From an uncultured bacterium (GTDB lineage: Bacteria > Patescibacteriota > Minisyncoccia > UBA6257 > 2-01-FULL-56-20), in NCBI GenBank assembly GCA_963768625.1, contig CAVYIK010000001.1, positions 2,706-66,705 on the forward strand: a stretch of DNA of 64,000 nt, read 5' to 3'. This document shows positions 1 through 10,464 of this stretch, in pieces (positions within the stretch are counted from its first letter, which is position 1; each line of letters begins with the position of its first letter). The position numbers and the translations under genes are program-made. The notes beneath the pieces are model-generated. The model was not told the origin of the DNA, searched no databases, and saw nothing but the letters and a program-made list of their open reading frames with translations.

Positions 1-1
1 T

Positions 2-3000
2 GCCTCTACTACCTATATCTATACCGTTGCCGCCTATGACGCCGCGGGAAACGTCTCGGCGCAATCAGGCGGCGCAAGCGCGACTACGCCGGCGCTGCCC
101 GACACCACGCCACCGACCGCGACGATCACGGCGCCCGCCCAGAACGCGACCGTGACGAGCACGATCACGCTTGCTGCTACCGCCTCCGACAATGTAGCAG
201 TGGCAAGCGTCCAGTTTACCGTGGACGGGGTGAACATTGGAGCTCCGATCACGAGCGCTCCTTACCAAATTTTCTGGAATACGACGACGGTTGGAAATGC
301 CACCCATACCGTGAGTGCCATAGCTACCGACACTTCCGGCAATACAGCTATCGCCGCAAATGTTACCGTCACTGTCAGCAATACTGGGGGATCTTCTTCG
401 ACGCCCGCGTACGCGAACAACGGCGTGAGCTGCTCCAACGTGCAGGGCGAGGGGAGAACTTCTTATGATTGCCCGCTTCCAAATCCGACGGGAAGCGGAA
501 ATGCCCTCGTCGTCATTGCACAGTGGGGGAATTATGGGAACATTACTGCTACCGTATCAGACGACAAAGGCAATGTGTATACGCAAGCGGTCTGCGACAG
601 CGGTATCCAAAGAGTGTGCGCCTATGTTGCCCTTAATATCGCACCAGGCACCCGCGTGGTGACGGTCACGCCAACCGATGCTGCCACATACCTGTCCGCA
701 GCGGTTTACGAGTTTTATAATATCGCGCCGACAAGCGCCATTGATGGTACCTGTACGGCAAGCGGCACAGGTGCATCTCCTACTTGTAGCTCAGCCATCA
801 CGCCGAGCGCCGCGAACGACCTTGTTGTCTTTTGGGCGGTCCAGGATCAGGATAGCGCTGTAAAAGTGACGTGGACCCCTGGTCCAAATCCATGGATCCT
901 TCGCTCCGCCGATGGATGGGACCAAACGGGGATGGAATATGAAGTACTTCCTACCGCCGCCGCCGTTACGCCGACTATGACGATCTCTCCTTCAGATCAT
1001 TTTGACGGGGTGGGACTTGCGCTCAAAACTGCGACCGCCGGTACTGCTCCGGCAGCGGGCATCCGCGTGGCCTACCTCCAGCACATCGCCCTTCCTCAGT
1101 ATTCGAACGGATGTACTTCGTCGCCGTGCACACAGCCGCTCACCGTTGAATTCCCCTGTTCAGGGAATCTAGTGGTTGCTTCGTGGATCGGTGCGCCGGG
1201 CTACGATATCCAATCGTTCACTTCTACTCCTGCGAATACGTGGATCTCGAGCGGTGCGCCCGTTTACAAAAATACATCGGGTGACAGCCAGCTCTATTAC
1301 GCTGCCAACGCCAATTGTAGTGCAACGACGACCATTACATTATCGGTTGGCCCCATCGCTGTGGCCGGTGGTTCTACGCTTGACCTGTTTGACGTTGTTG
1401 GCGCCGCATCGTCTCCCTTTGACGCGACGGCTGGTGTCCAGACCTGTACGGGTACCGAGAGCTTGCCTGGCATCTTTACGACGTGCACCATTACGCCGAG
1501 CACGCCGAACGAACTCGTTGTTGCGCAGGTAGGAATTGACTCCAACACCATAAACGGCATCTCGCCGGGAAATTTCCTTTCGTCGGTACCTACTCCGATC
1601 GCAAGTCCTGATCCTACCGATGAGAACAACGGGTGGGGCATCAACTACAGCACAAATACTGCGCCTGAATCCTTTGTGTGGACCACCCAGGGTGGAACGG
1701 TGGGGGATTGGGGCTCGCTTGCGGCTGCGTTTAAGGGAAGCAGCGGAAGTGATACCACGCCCCCCTCGGTCCCGACGGGCCTCACAGTCACCGGCGTGAC
1801 TACCTCGACCGCATCGCTCTCTTGGACAGCCTCGACCGACAACGTGGGCGTCACCGGCTACAATGTCTATCGCAGCGGTTCTCAAGTCGGCACTTCAACC
1901 CTGACGACCTACACCGATACCGGCCTCGCTCCTTCCACCACCTACACCTACACCGTTGCCGCCTATGACGCCGCGGGCAATGTCTCTACTCAATCAGCCT
2001 CGGTAAACGCCACGACGCAAAGCAATGGCGGCGGCGGTGGCGCCACTCCCGCCCTTGTGCAGTGGAAGCATGATCCCTTGCAAACGGGCTCAGGCATCAC
2101 CTACTACCAGACGAATCTCCCCAACCCCTCTCCGGGCGGCAACCTGCTCGTCTTGAGCTGCGAATGGGGAGATACGACCCAGACGCCGACCATCTCCGAC
2201 AACAAAGGGGAAACCTGGACGACAGCGAAGATCGTGCGGGATGCGGGTAATGAAAGCGCGGGCATCTTCTACGTCGCGAACTCTACTGCCGGAGTTCAGG
2301 CCATCCGTGCTTCCTTCGCGTCAACGGGATACGTCCAATGTGAAGATGCGGAAGCCATGAACATTGCCACCACAAACCCGGTGGATGCCGTCGCGGGTGC
2401 GGTCAGTGCCGTGGGCACCTCGCATGCAACGGGCGCCATGACCACCGCAGTCAACGGCGACCTCGTCTATCACTACTCGATCGTAGACAACACGAACGGA
2501 ACCCAGGCGAATCCTCTCCAGTGGACCGCCGGCACCGGGTTCAATCTCCTCTCCGCCGACGGATGGTCCATGACCGCTTCCCAATATGAAGTACAGAGTA
2601 CTGCCGGCTCCGTGAATCCGACGCTCACTTCCAACAAGGCGGTGGGGACGATTGACGTCGCCGTGGCGTTCAGGGCAGCTGCGGCGGGGAACCCGCTCCC
2701 TTCGGGCATCCAGGTCCAGGGCGTGGAGAATATCGAGATGTCAGCTAACGAACTCGTGTCTGTCACGAGCGCTCACTCAACCCTACAGGCCCCTGTTTCT
2801 ACTTCGGCTCGTGGCGGTGACGTGATCGCCCTCGTCTGGGGCGTGGGCGGCGGTGATCCATCCCTCACCTCCGTGACCAGCAATCCCGCGAATACCTGGA
2901 CCAATACCCCCTGCAATCCCGTGAGCGGCCCTTCTGAAATCGAAGGCATCGCCTATGCCGCCGCGGCCACGAAGTCCAGTGCTGGCACGATCAGTCTCAC

Positions 3001-6000
3001 GTATGCGGCCACACCCAATTATCCGATCGTGAGCATCTACGATATCATCGGCGCCAATGCGGCTCCCTATGATACCTGCGCCGGGGCCACAGGATCTTCG
3101 GCGTTAATAAGCGGGGTAGTGGCTGGGCCCACCATCACCCCTGCGACCCCGAACGAACTCATCATCGGCATGATGCAAGAGGACTCTGAAACCGTAGAGG
3201 GGGTTTCTCCGGGCGATTACGTGGGGGCCTATTATAACGGCTATCAGTACACATCCCTCGATCAGGATGGCGGATACATGCTCTATGCGGATCCAAGCAC
3301 GAGTGCTGTCACCGTCAATTGGACGTATGCCAACACAGAGAACAACACCCCTATCGGCTCTTGGGAATCTATCGTTGCGGCATTCGTGCCAGGATCGTCA
3401 ACGCCTGACACCCAACCTCCCACCGTTCCCACTGGCCTCACGGTCACGGGGACGACGACCTCCACCGCGAGCTTGTCTTGGACCGCCTCCACCGACAACG
3501 TGGGCGTCACGGGCTACAAGATATATAGAGGGGGGAGTCAGATCGCAACAACGTCAGTGACCTCCTTTACGAACACTGGTCTTGCAGCGAGCACCACGTA
3601 TTCCTACCAGGTCTCGGCCTATGACGCCGCGGGCAATGTCTCGGCACAATCGTCACCTGCGAACGCGACCACACAGATACCCCCCGACACCACGCCACCG
3701 ACCGTGACGATCACGGCGCCTGCCCAGAACGCGACCGTAACGAGCACGATTACGCTTGCTGCCACCGCCTCCGACGACGTGGGAGTGGCGAGCGTCCAGT
3801 TCACTGTGGACGGCGCGAACTTCGGGAGCGTCCTTACGGCAAGTCCGTATACCGTGACGCTTGATACAACGACGCTCACGAACGGTACGCATACCATTTC
3901 AGCTTTCGCGAAAGATGCGGCGGGCAATACTGGCACCGCAGCCAATATTGTGGTCACCGTCGCGAACCCCGACATCATCCCTCCATCCGTGCCGACGGGT
4001 CTTGTAGCGATCGCTGTTTCTCCTTCCCAGATAAATCTTTCTTGGGTTCCCTCAACCGATAACGTAGGCGTCGCAGGCTATCAGGTCTATCGTAATGGCT
4101 CACAGGTAGCCATTGCGACGAGCACTTCTTACCAGGATACCGGCCTTGCTGCTTCCACCACCTATACCTACACCGTCGTCGCCTATGACGCCGCGGGCAA
4201 TGTCTCCGCGCAATCAGGCGCCGCGAACGCAACCACTCCGGCACTTCCCGACACCACGCCGCCGACCGTGACGATCACGGCACCCGCCCAGAACGCGACC
4301 GTGACGAGCACGGTCACGCTCGTTGCTACTGCCACCGATAACGTGGGCGTCACGAGCGTCCAGTTCACCGTGGATGGGGCGAATATTGGCGCGCCGCTTA
4401 CCAGTTCTCCTTACCAAATTTTCTGGAATACGACGACGGTGGGTAACGCTACGCACACCATTTCGGCCTTCGCGAAGGATGCGGCGGGCAATACTGGCAC
4501 CGCAGCCAATGTTGCGGTCACCGTCGCGAACCCCGACACCACGCCTCCTTCCGTCCCCGCGAACCTCACGGTCACCGGCGTGACCACCTCGACCGCATCG
4601 CTCTCTTGGACCGCCTCGACCGACAACGTGGGTGTCTCCGGCTACAATGTCTATCGCAACGGCACCCAGGTCGGGACGACAGCCAATCCTTCCTACACCG
4701 ATACGGGTCTCGCTCCTTCCACCACCTACACCTATACCGTTGCCGCCTATGACGCCGCGGGCAATGTCTCCGGCCGGTCGACTGCCGCGAACGCGACCAC
4801 GCAGACACCCCCCGACACCACGCCGCCGACCGTGACGATCACGGCACCCGCCCAGAACGCGACCGTGACGAGCACGATCACGCTCGCCGCTACCGCCTCC
4901 GACAACGTGGGAGTGGCGAAGGTACAATTCTTGCTCGACGGAGCAAACTTTGGCGCGGCGGATACCGTCGCTCCCTATCAGATTTCCTGGGGCACGGCGT
5001 CAAGCACGAATGGCGCCCACACGATCGGAGCGATTGCCTACGACACCTCGAACAATACCTCAACGGTTTCCGTGAGCGTGACAGTGGCGAACCCGCCGGT
5101 GATCACTGCGGTCACTTCGTCGGGCATAAGCACTTCTACGGCGACGATCACGTGGACAACGAACATCACGGCCAACTCCCAGGTGGAGTACGGGACATCG
5201 ATCGCCTACGGGTCGCTTACGACATTGAATGGCTCGTTGGTCACGAGCCACAGCGTCCTTGTCTCTGGTCTTGCGACGAGCACGCTGTACCATTACCGCG
5301 TCCGTTCGGCCGACGGGAACGGCAATCTTGGCATATCGAGTGACTTCACCTTCACCACCGCGAGCGGTCTTGCATCCGCCCCCGCCCTCATCCAGGCGAC
5401 AGGGACCGTGCCCTCGTCATCCAACGGGACGACCATCGGAAGGGCGTTTGGCACCCCCGTTACTGCAGGTGACCTCATTGTCGTGGGCTACACCTGGGGT
5501 TCCGCCTCTGCGAACGCGAGCTGTGCCGACAACAAGGGGGATACGTTCGTAGTCCTCACCCCGAAGCGGGATACCGGCAACAACCAGTCAGCGGGCATCT
5601 GCTACGCCCTGAACGCCAAAGGCGGCACGACGAATGTCACAACGACTTTCACTGCCTCAGTGAGCTATACGGGGATCTCGCTCCAGGAATTCTCGAACAT
5701 CGCGGCTGCAAGCGCATTTGACGGCTCCGCGAGCAACCAGGTCGGCGCCGGCTGCAGCGGCGCGAATTGCGTGACCTCGACGGCGACCACGACCACCGCA
5801 ACTGGCGATCTCATCGTGGGGTACGTCACAGATGACTGGGGCGCGAATAGCGGTACCATCACTCCCGGCACGAACTTTACGATCGCCACTCCTTCCCAGT
5901 ATGCCAACTTCACCGGCCAGGCATCGGAATACATGGTCCAGGCCGCTCCGGGCTCTACTGCCGCCACCTTCACTTTCAGCGCCAACTCGCATTCCTACAT

Positions 6001-6031
6001 AGCCTACATGGCGGCGTTCAAGAAAAAGTAG
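2..6031 (+). CDS. Giant repeat-rich cell-surface (adhesin-like) protein. The 5' end lies outside the window. It has alternating FN3-like and Ig-like modules plus five copies of an uncharacterised ~210-aa beta-rich module.
   Basis: The frame is open from base 2; track ORF 152..6031 is only the first in-window Met in that frame. FN3-like units repeat (SLSWTASTDNVGVTGY.VYR...YTYTVAAYDAAGNVS). Ig-like units repeat (TTPPTVTITAPAQNATVTSTITLAATASDNVGV.SVQF.VDG). There is about 6 kb without a stop. Confidence 0.85.
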   Translation, partial: ASTTYIYTVAAYDAAGNVSAQSGGASATTPALPDTTPPTATITAPAQNATVTSTITLAATASDNVAVASVQFTVDGVNIGAPITSAPYQIFWNTTTVGNATHTVSAIATDTSGNTAIAANVTVTVSNTGGSSSTPAYANNGVSCSNVQGEGRTSYDCPLPNPTGSGNALVVIAQWGNYGNITATVSDDKGNVYTQAVCDSGIQRVCAYVALNIAPGTRVVTVTPTDAATYLSAAVYEFYNIAPTSAIDGTCTASGTGASPTCSSAITPSAANDLVVFWAVQDQDSAVKVTWTPGPNPWILRSADGWDQTGMEYEVLPTAAAVTPTMTISPSDHFDGVGLALKTATAGTAPAAGIRVAYLQHIALPQYSNGCTSSPCTQPLTVEFPCSGNLVVASWIGAPGYDIQSFTSTPANTWISSGAPVYKNTSGDSQLYYAANANCSATTTITLSVGPIAVAGGSTLDLFDVVGAASSPFDATAGVQTCTGTESLPGIFTTCTITPSTPNELVVAQVGIDSNTINGISPGNFLSSVPTPIASPDPTDENNGWGINYSTNTAPESFVWTTQGGTVGDWGSLAAAFKGSSGSDTTPPSVPTGLTVTGVTTSTASLSWTASTDNVGVTGYNVYRSGSQVGTSTLTTYTDTGLAPSTTYTYTVAAYDAAGNVSTQSASVNATTQSNGGGGGATPALVQWKHDPLQTGSGITYYQTNLPNPSPGGNLLVLSCEWGDTTQTPTISDNKGETWTTAKIVRDAGNESAGIFYVANSTAGVQAIRASFASTGYVQCEDAEAMNIATTNPVDAVAGAVSAVGTSHATGAMTTAVNGDLVYHYSIVDNTNGTQANPLQWTAGTGFNLLSADGWSMTASQYEVQSTAGSVNPTLTSNKAVGTIDVAVAFRAAAAGNPLPSGIQVQGVENIEMSANELVSVTSAHSTLQAPVSTSARGGDVIALVWGVGGGDPSLTSVTSNPANTWTNTPCNPVSGPSEIEGIAYAAAATKSSAGTISLTYAATPNYPIVSIYDIIGANAAPYDTCAGATGSSALISGVVAGPTITPATPNELIIGMMQEDSETVEGVSPGDYVGAYYNGYQYTSLDQDGGYMLYADPSTSAVTVNWTYANTENNTPIGSWESIVAAFVPGSSTPDTQPPTVPTGLTVTGTTTSTASLSWTASTDNVGVTGYKIYRGGSQIATTSVTSFTNTGLAASTTYSYQVSAYDAAGNVSAQSSPANATTQIPPDTTPPTVTITAPAQNATVTSTITLAATASDDVGVASVQFTVDGANFGSVLTASPYTVTLDTTTLTNGTHTISAFAKDAAGNTGTAANIVVTVANPDIIPPSVPTGLVAIAVSPSQINLSWVPSTDNVGVAGYQVYRNGSQVAIATSTSYQDTGLAASTTYTYTVVAYDAAGNVSAQSGAANATTPALPDTTPPTVTITAPAQNATVTSTVTLVATATDNVGVTSVQFTVDGANIGAPLTSSPYQIFWNTTTVGNATHTISAFAKDAAGNTGTAANVAVTVANPDTTPPSVPANLTVTGVTTSTASLSWTASTDNVGVSGYNVYRNGTQVGTTANPSYTDTGLAPSTTYTYTVAAYDAAGNVSGRSTAANATTQTPPDTTPPTVTITAPAQNATVTSTITLAATASDNVGVAKVQFLLDGANFGAADTVAPYQISWGTASSTNGAHTIGAIAYDTSNNTSTVSVSVTVANPPVITAVTSSGISTSTATITWTTNITANSQVEYGTSIAYGSLTTLNGSLVTSHSVLVSGLATSTLYHYRVRSADGNGNLGISSDFTFTTASGLASAPALIQATGTVPSSSNGTTIGRAFGTPVTAGDLIVVGYTWGSASANASCADNKGDTFVVLTPKRDTGNNQSAGICYALNAKGGTTNVTTTFTASVSYTGISLQEFSNIAAASAFDGSASNQVGAGCSGANCVTSTATTTTATGDLIVGYVTDDWGANSGTITPGTNFTIATPSQYANFTGQASEYMVQAAPGSTAATFTFSANSHSYIAYMAAFKKK
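3406..5094 (+). repeat. Intragenic tandem array of alternating ~270-nt FN3-like and ~290-nt Ig-like coding modules. Approximate bounds: FN3 3406-3675, Ig 3676-3969, FN3 3970-4242, Ig 4243-4533, FN3 4534-4803, Ig 4804-5094.
   Basis: A ~95-nt core (cccgacaccacgcc.ccgaccg.gacgatcacggc.cc.gcccagaacgcgaccgt.acgagcacg...) recurs at about 98-192, 3683-3777, 4247-4341 and 4811-4905. The copies at 4247 and 4811 share a 66-nt identical run. A further FN3 copy lies at about 1751-2020. Confidence 0.85.
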
Positions 6032-6075
6032 GCAATAGGGTTTGTCCACAAGAAGGGAAGAGGCCGCACCTGTTA

Positions 6076-6081
6076 TATAAT
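6076..6081 (+). promoter_or_regulatory. Candidate -10 box TATAAT, 6 nt upstream of the ATG at 6088 (leaderless or near-leaderless mRNA)
   Basis: The sequence reads tgttatataatgagtagATG. Exact TATAAT is one of a recurring set placed 6-15 nt before start codons in this window. Confidence 0.45.
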
Positions 6082-6087
6082 GAGTAG

Positions 6088-7392
<1,305 letters not shown>

Positions 7393-7410
7393 TTCGGACG
7401 AATCGCCTGA

Positions 7411-7416
7411 TATAAT
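7411..7416 (+). promoter_or_regulatory. Candidate -10 box TATAAT, 15 nt upstream of the ATG at 7432
   Basis: The sequence reads cctgatataatgaaggcgtacacagaATG. No Shine-Dalgarno lies in between. Confidence 0.4.
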
Positions 7417-7431
7417 GAAGGCGTACACAGA

Positions 7432-10014
7432 ATGCGCAATTTTTCCTTCTCACTCCTCGTAGCGGCGGCTGCTCTTTTCTTCTTCTGTTTAACCGCCCGC
7501 GCCGCGACGCCGACTATGGTCCAGTCGGTGAGTCACCCCGTCACGGGCGTCACCATTGCCTACTGGAAGATGAATCTGCCAGATCCCACACTTGCCGGGA
7601 ACGCCCTGGTTCTCGGCTGCAGTTGGGGCAGCGGTTCGAACGGCCTCACCGTCGCCGACGACAAGAGCAATGCGTGGAAGAGCGGGCCGGTCGCCCAAGA
7701 TGGGGGGAACAACGAAAGCGCCCAGACGTTCTACGCCGTGAACATCGCCTCGGGCACCCGGCTCATCACGGTCACCCCCAGTGGTGGCGCTGCTTACGTC
7801 CAGTGCGTTGCGAGCGAGTGGTACAACATCTCCACCGTGAGTTCGACCGTCCTTGATGCTTCGAGCTCCGCCGTGACGGCTACCGTTGGGGCCATCGCCG
7901 CCGGCAACGTCTCGACCACCGTGGACGGCGACCTTGTCTTCCAGTACGCGCTGGCCGACAATTTCTCGCGGCCGAGCAAGCCATGGATTTGGACTGCCAG
8001 CTCAGGCCTCGCCCTTCTCACCGCCGACGGCACCTCTCCCGCCGCCACCCAGTATGAGGTCCAGGCGGCCCACGGGGCCGTGAACCCCAGCCTCTCAATC
8101 ACTCCCAACATCACGAGCGGCGTCACCTCCGCCATCGCCCTCAAGGCAGCGACTGCCGGCACCGCTCCCGCTTCCTCTGGCATCCGCGTGGTAAGCGTCC
8201 AGGTCATCGACGGCTCGACGGGCAACCTGAGCGCCATCCCGCAGAAGATGACCGTCCAGGCCCCCACCACCGGCAACCTCCTTGCGATGGTATGGAATGG
8301 CAACACCCCCTCGACCCCCACGAACGTAACGAGCTCGAACGTGGGCAGCTGGAGCCATACGGCCGCATCCACCACCAATCAGGACACCATCTGGATCTGG
8401 TATGCCGCGAGCTCTACCGCGTCCGCCACGACGACCATCACGGTTACTCACGCGGCGGTTCCTAGCTACCCCCTTTTGACTTTCTACGACATCACGGGGG
8501 CGAGTAGTACCCCGTTCGACACGTACGCTACGAGCACGGGGAGCTTGAATGCCACATCCGGCGTGGTCACTGGCCCGTCCATCACCCCCGGTGCGGCGAA
8601 CGAGCTTGTGATCGGCGGGATCGAGGAATCAGGCGAGACCGTCACCGCCGTTTCCACCGGCTACTTCGATGCCGTACAGACCGACCAATATGAAAATCTT
8701 AGCCTGGACCAGGACGCCGGTTTCATGCATTACTACAACACGACCACGAGCACGGTGAACGTGAACTGGACCTATTCATATCTCGAAGGTGGTAGCACTA
8801 ATGTTGGCAATTGGCAGTCCCAGCTAGCGGCGTTCAGGGCGGCTCCGGCGGTGGTGATAAACAACGCTACGGGAAGTTTTGCCTGGGGCGATAGGGCAGG
8901 ATGGGTGAATTTTTCAACAGGATTAGGCGGTTTTGCAGTAACCGCTTCCACTCTCACGGGCTATGCCTGGAGCCAGAATTTCGGATGGGTCAACTTTGCC
9001 CCTTCGGGGAGCGGCGTCACGAATGACGGCTTGGGGAATCTTCAGGGCTATGCGTGGAGTGAGAATGCCGGCTGGTACAATTTTTCGGGCGTTACCATCT
9101 CAAGCACGGGGACATTTGTCGGAACCGCAACAGCCGTGCTTGCGAGCTCCGCTGCACTCGCGGGGAACATTTATTTCGGCTGCAGCTATTGCCTGGTGAC
9201 CACGACCTGGCGGGCGTCCAGTCCGAGCGTCACCGTTTCAAACGTGCAGATAAACGGCGGTAGCAGCACGATCACGTTGACCTCTGCTACCACGACGCCC
9301 ATTACGATCACCGCATCAACCACCGATTCCGCGGGAGGCATCACTTACGCGACCTCGACGTTTTACTTGACCTCGCTCGGCCAGGGTTGCACCGCGAACA
9401 ATTTCAACTGTTACCAGATCTCAAGCTCCAGTTGCTCATTTTCGGGGAGCTCGAGCAGCACGGTCACTTGCACCGCGAACGTCTGGTATTTCGCCGCCTC
9501 GACCGGCGTTGCGTCGTCGACGTACTCCGGCGATTCCTGGACGGCGGCGGTGACCGTCGTTGATTCGGGCGCGAATACCGGAACGGGATTGACCTCGCCC
9601 GTCGTGAACGTGGGCGTCTTGAGCGCGGTGAGCGTCTCAAGCACCGCCTCCATTAACTACGGTTCCCTTGCGGCAGGGAGCAATACCAGCTCCACGAACC
9701 AGACATCGACCATCCAAAATGCGGGAAATTCCTCGACGTCGCTCCAGGTGTATGGGACCGCTCTTACGAACGGCGCGTCAATCGTCGCGACGGGTTCGCA
9801 ACAATATGCTACCTCCTCCTTCACCTACGGCGTCGGCAGTACGGGCACCGCGCTGACCGATACGGCGGTCCTTGTCCCTGGGTTCGTGCTCGCCGCGCCC
9901 ACGACCACAAGCGCGATATCAAGCATTATGTATTGGGGATTACAGATCGCGAGCGGCACGTCCGCTGGCACGTATAACGGCGTAAACACCCTCGTGGGGT
10001 TGTGGCATCAGTAA
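7432..10014 (+). CDS. Secreted large surface protein with a signal peptide, two copies of the ~210-aa module shared with the giant protein, GYAW..GW.NF repeats and a Ser/Thr-rich C-terminal region
   Basis: The N-terminus MRNFSFSLLVAAAALFFFCLTARA-AT looks like a signal peptide. TPTMVQSVSHP...NLPDPTLAGNALVLGCSWGS aligns with TPALVQWKHDP...NLPNPSPGGNLLVLSCEWGD of the upstream gene. Confidence 0.8.
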   Translation: MRNFSFSLLVAAAALFFFCLTARAATPTMVQSVSHPVTGVTIAYWKMNLPDPTLAGNALVLGCSWGSGSNGLTVADDKSNAWKSGPVAQDGGNNESAQTFYAVNIASGTRLITVTPSGGAAYVQCVASEWYNISTVSSTVLDASSSAVTATVGAIAAGNVSTTVDGDLVFQYALADNFSRPSKPWIWTASSGLALLTADGTSPAATQYEVQAAHGAVNPSLSITPNITSGVTSAIALKAATAGTAPASSGIRVVSVQVIDGSTGNLSAIPQKMTVQAPTTGNLLAMVWNGNTPSTPTNVTSSNVGSWSHTAASTTNQDTIWIWYAASSTASATTTITVTHAAVPSYPLLTFYDITGASSTPFDTYATSTGSLNATSGVVTGPSITPGAANELVIGGIEESGETVTAVSTGYFDAVQTDQYENLSLDQDAGFMHYYNTTTSTVNVNWTYSYLEGGSTNVGNWQSQLAAFRAAPAVVINNATGSFAWGDRAGWVNFSTGLGGFAVTASTLTGYAWSQNFGWVNFAPSGSGVTNDGLGNLQGYAWSENAGWYNFSGVTISSTGTFVGTATAVLASSAALAGNIYFGCSYCLVTTTWRASSPSVTVSNVQINGGSSTITLTSATTTPITITASTTDSAGGITYATSTFYLTSLGQGCTANNFNCYQISSSSCSFSGSSSSTVTCTANVWYFAASTGVASSTYSGDSWTAAVTVVDSGANTGTGLTSPVVNVGVLSAVSVSSTASINYGSLAAGSNTSSTNQTSTIQNAGNSSTSLQVYGTALTNGASIVATGSQQYATSSFTYGVGSTGTALTDTAVLVPGFVLAAPTTTSAISSIMYWGLQIASGTSAGTYNGVNTLVGLWHQ

Positions 10015-10031
10015 GGGCCATCCGGTGATGA

Positions 10032-10037
10032 TATAAT
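10032..10037 (+). promoter_or_regulatory. Candidate -10 box TATAAT, 9 nt upstream of the ATG at 10047
   Basis: The sequence reads gatgatataatgaacgggagATG. Confidence 0.4.
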
Positions 10038-10046
10038 GAACGGGAG

Positions 10047-10457
10047 ATGAACCGCGGACAAACGTTTCTGGCCCTTATTTTTTTGATAGGCGGGACGGTG
10101 CTCCTGATCGGCCTCACGCTTGCATTTCTCGCGACTTCGTTCATCGATACCGGTTATGGTTACCAATCATCGGTACAGGCGGAGGCGGTTGCGACCTCGG
10201 GGGCGCAGGATGCGCTTTTGCAGCTTGACCGCAACGCGAATTTTGGGAGCCCGGGCCCGAGCGGTTACCACTATAATGTGACGGTCGGATCAAGCACTGC
10301 CGCAGTAACCGTAACGCAAAGCGTTCCCTCTGCGGGGTTCGACACCATCCTTTCCGCGGCCACTGTTTCAAACCATATAAGGAAAATTAATGTTGTCGTT
10401 GCGATCAATGCTACAACGAGCCAGATAAGCGTCGTTTCATGGCAAACCATCCAATAA
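10047..10457 (+). CDS. Pilus-associated minor-pilin-like protein (PilX N-terminal-type hydrophobic segment)
   Basis: The N-terminus MNRGQTFLALIFLIGGTVLLIGLTLAFLATSF, followed by ...QAEAVATSGAQDALLQL, resembles the PilX_N layout. It lies directly upstream of the PilM-like gene. No canonical G/F-x-x-x-E pilin cleavage motif is present. Confidence 0.5.
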   Translation: MNRGQTFLALIFLIGGTVLLIGLTLAFLATSFIDTGYGYQSSVQAEAVATSGAQDALLQLDRNANFGSPGPSGYHYNVTVGSSTAAVTVTQSVPSAGFDTILSAATVSNHIRKINVVVAINATTSQISVVSWQTIQ

Positions 10458-10464
10458 AACGCAG

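Noticed and set aside
3406-5094. Regularly spaced near-identical repeats that could be mistaken for a CRISPR-like array
   Set aside because: The units are 270-290 nt and in frame, and they encode FN3/Ig domains. There are no short repeat/unique-spacer alternation and no cas genes.
34-5985. Many 60-240-aa ORFs on the minus strand and in off-frames across the giant gene (for example 1340..1885, 4214..4927, 3619..3978)
   Set aside because: They lie wholly inside a continuous 6-kb coding frame with clear domain repeats. They are Arg/Gly/Pro-rich shadow ORFs typical of GC-rich DNA and carry no recognisable motifs.
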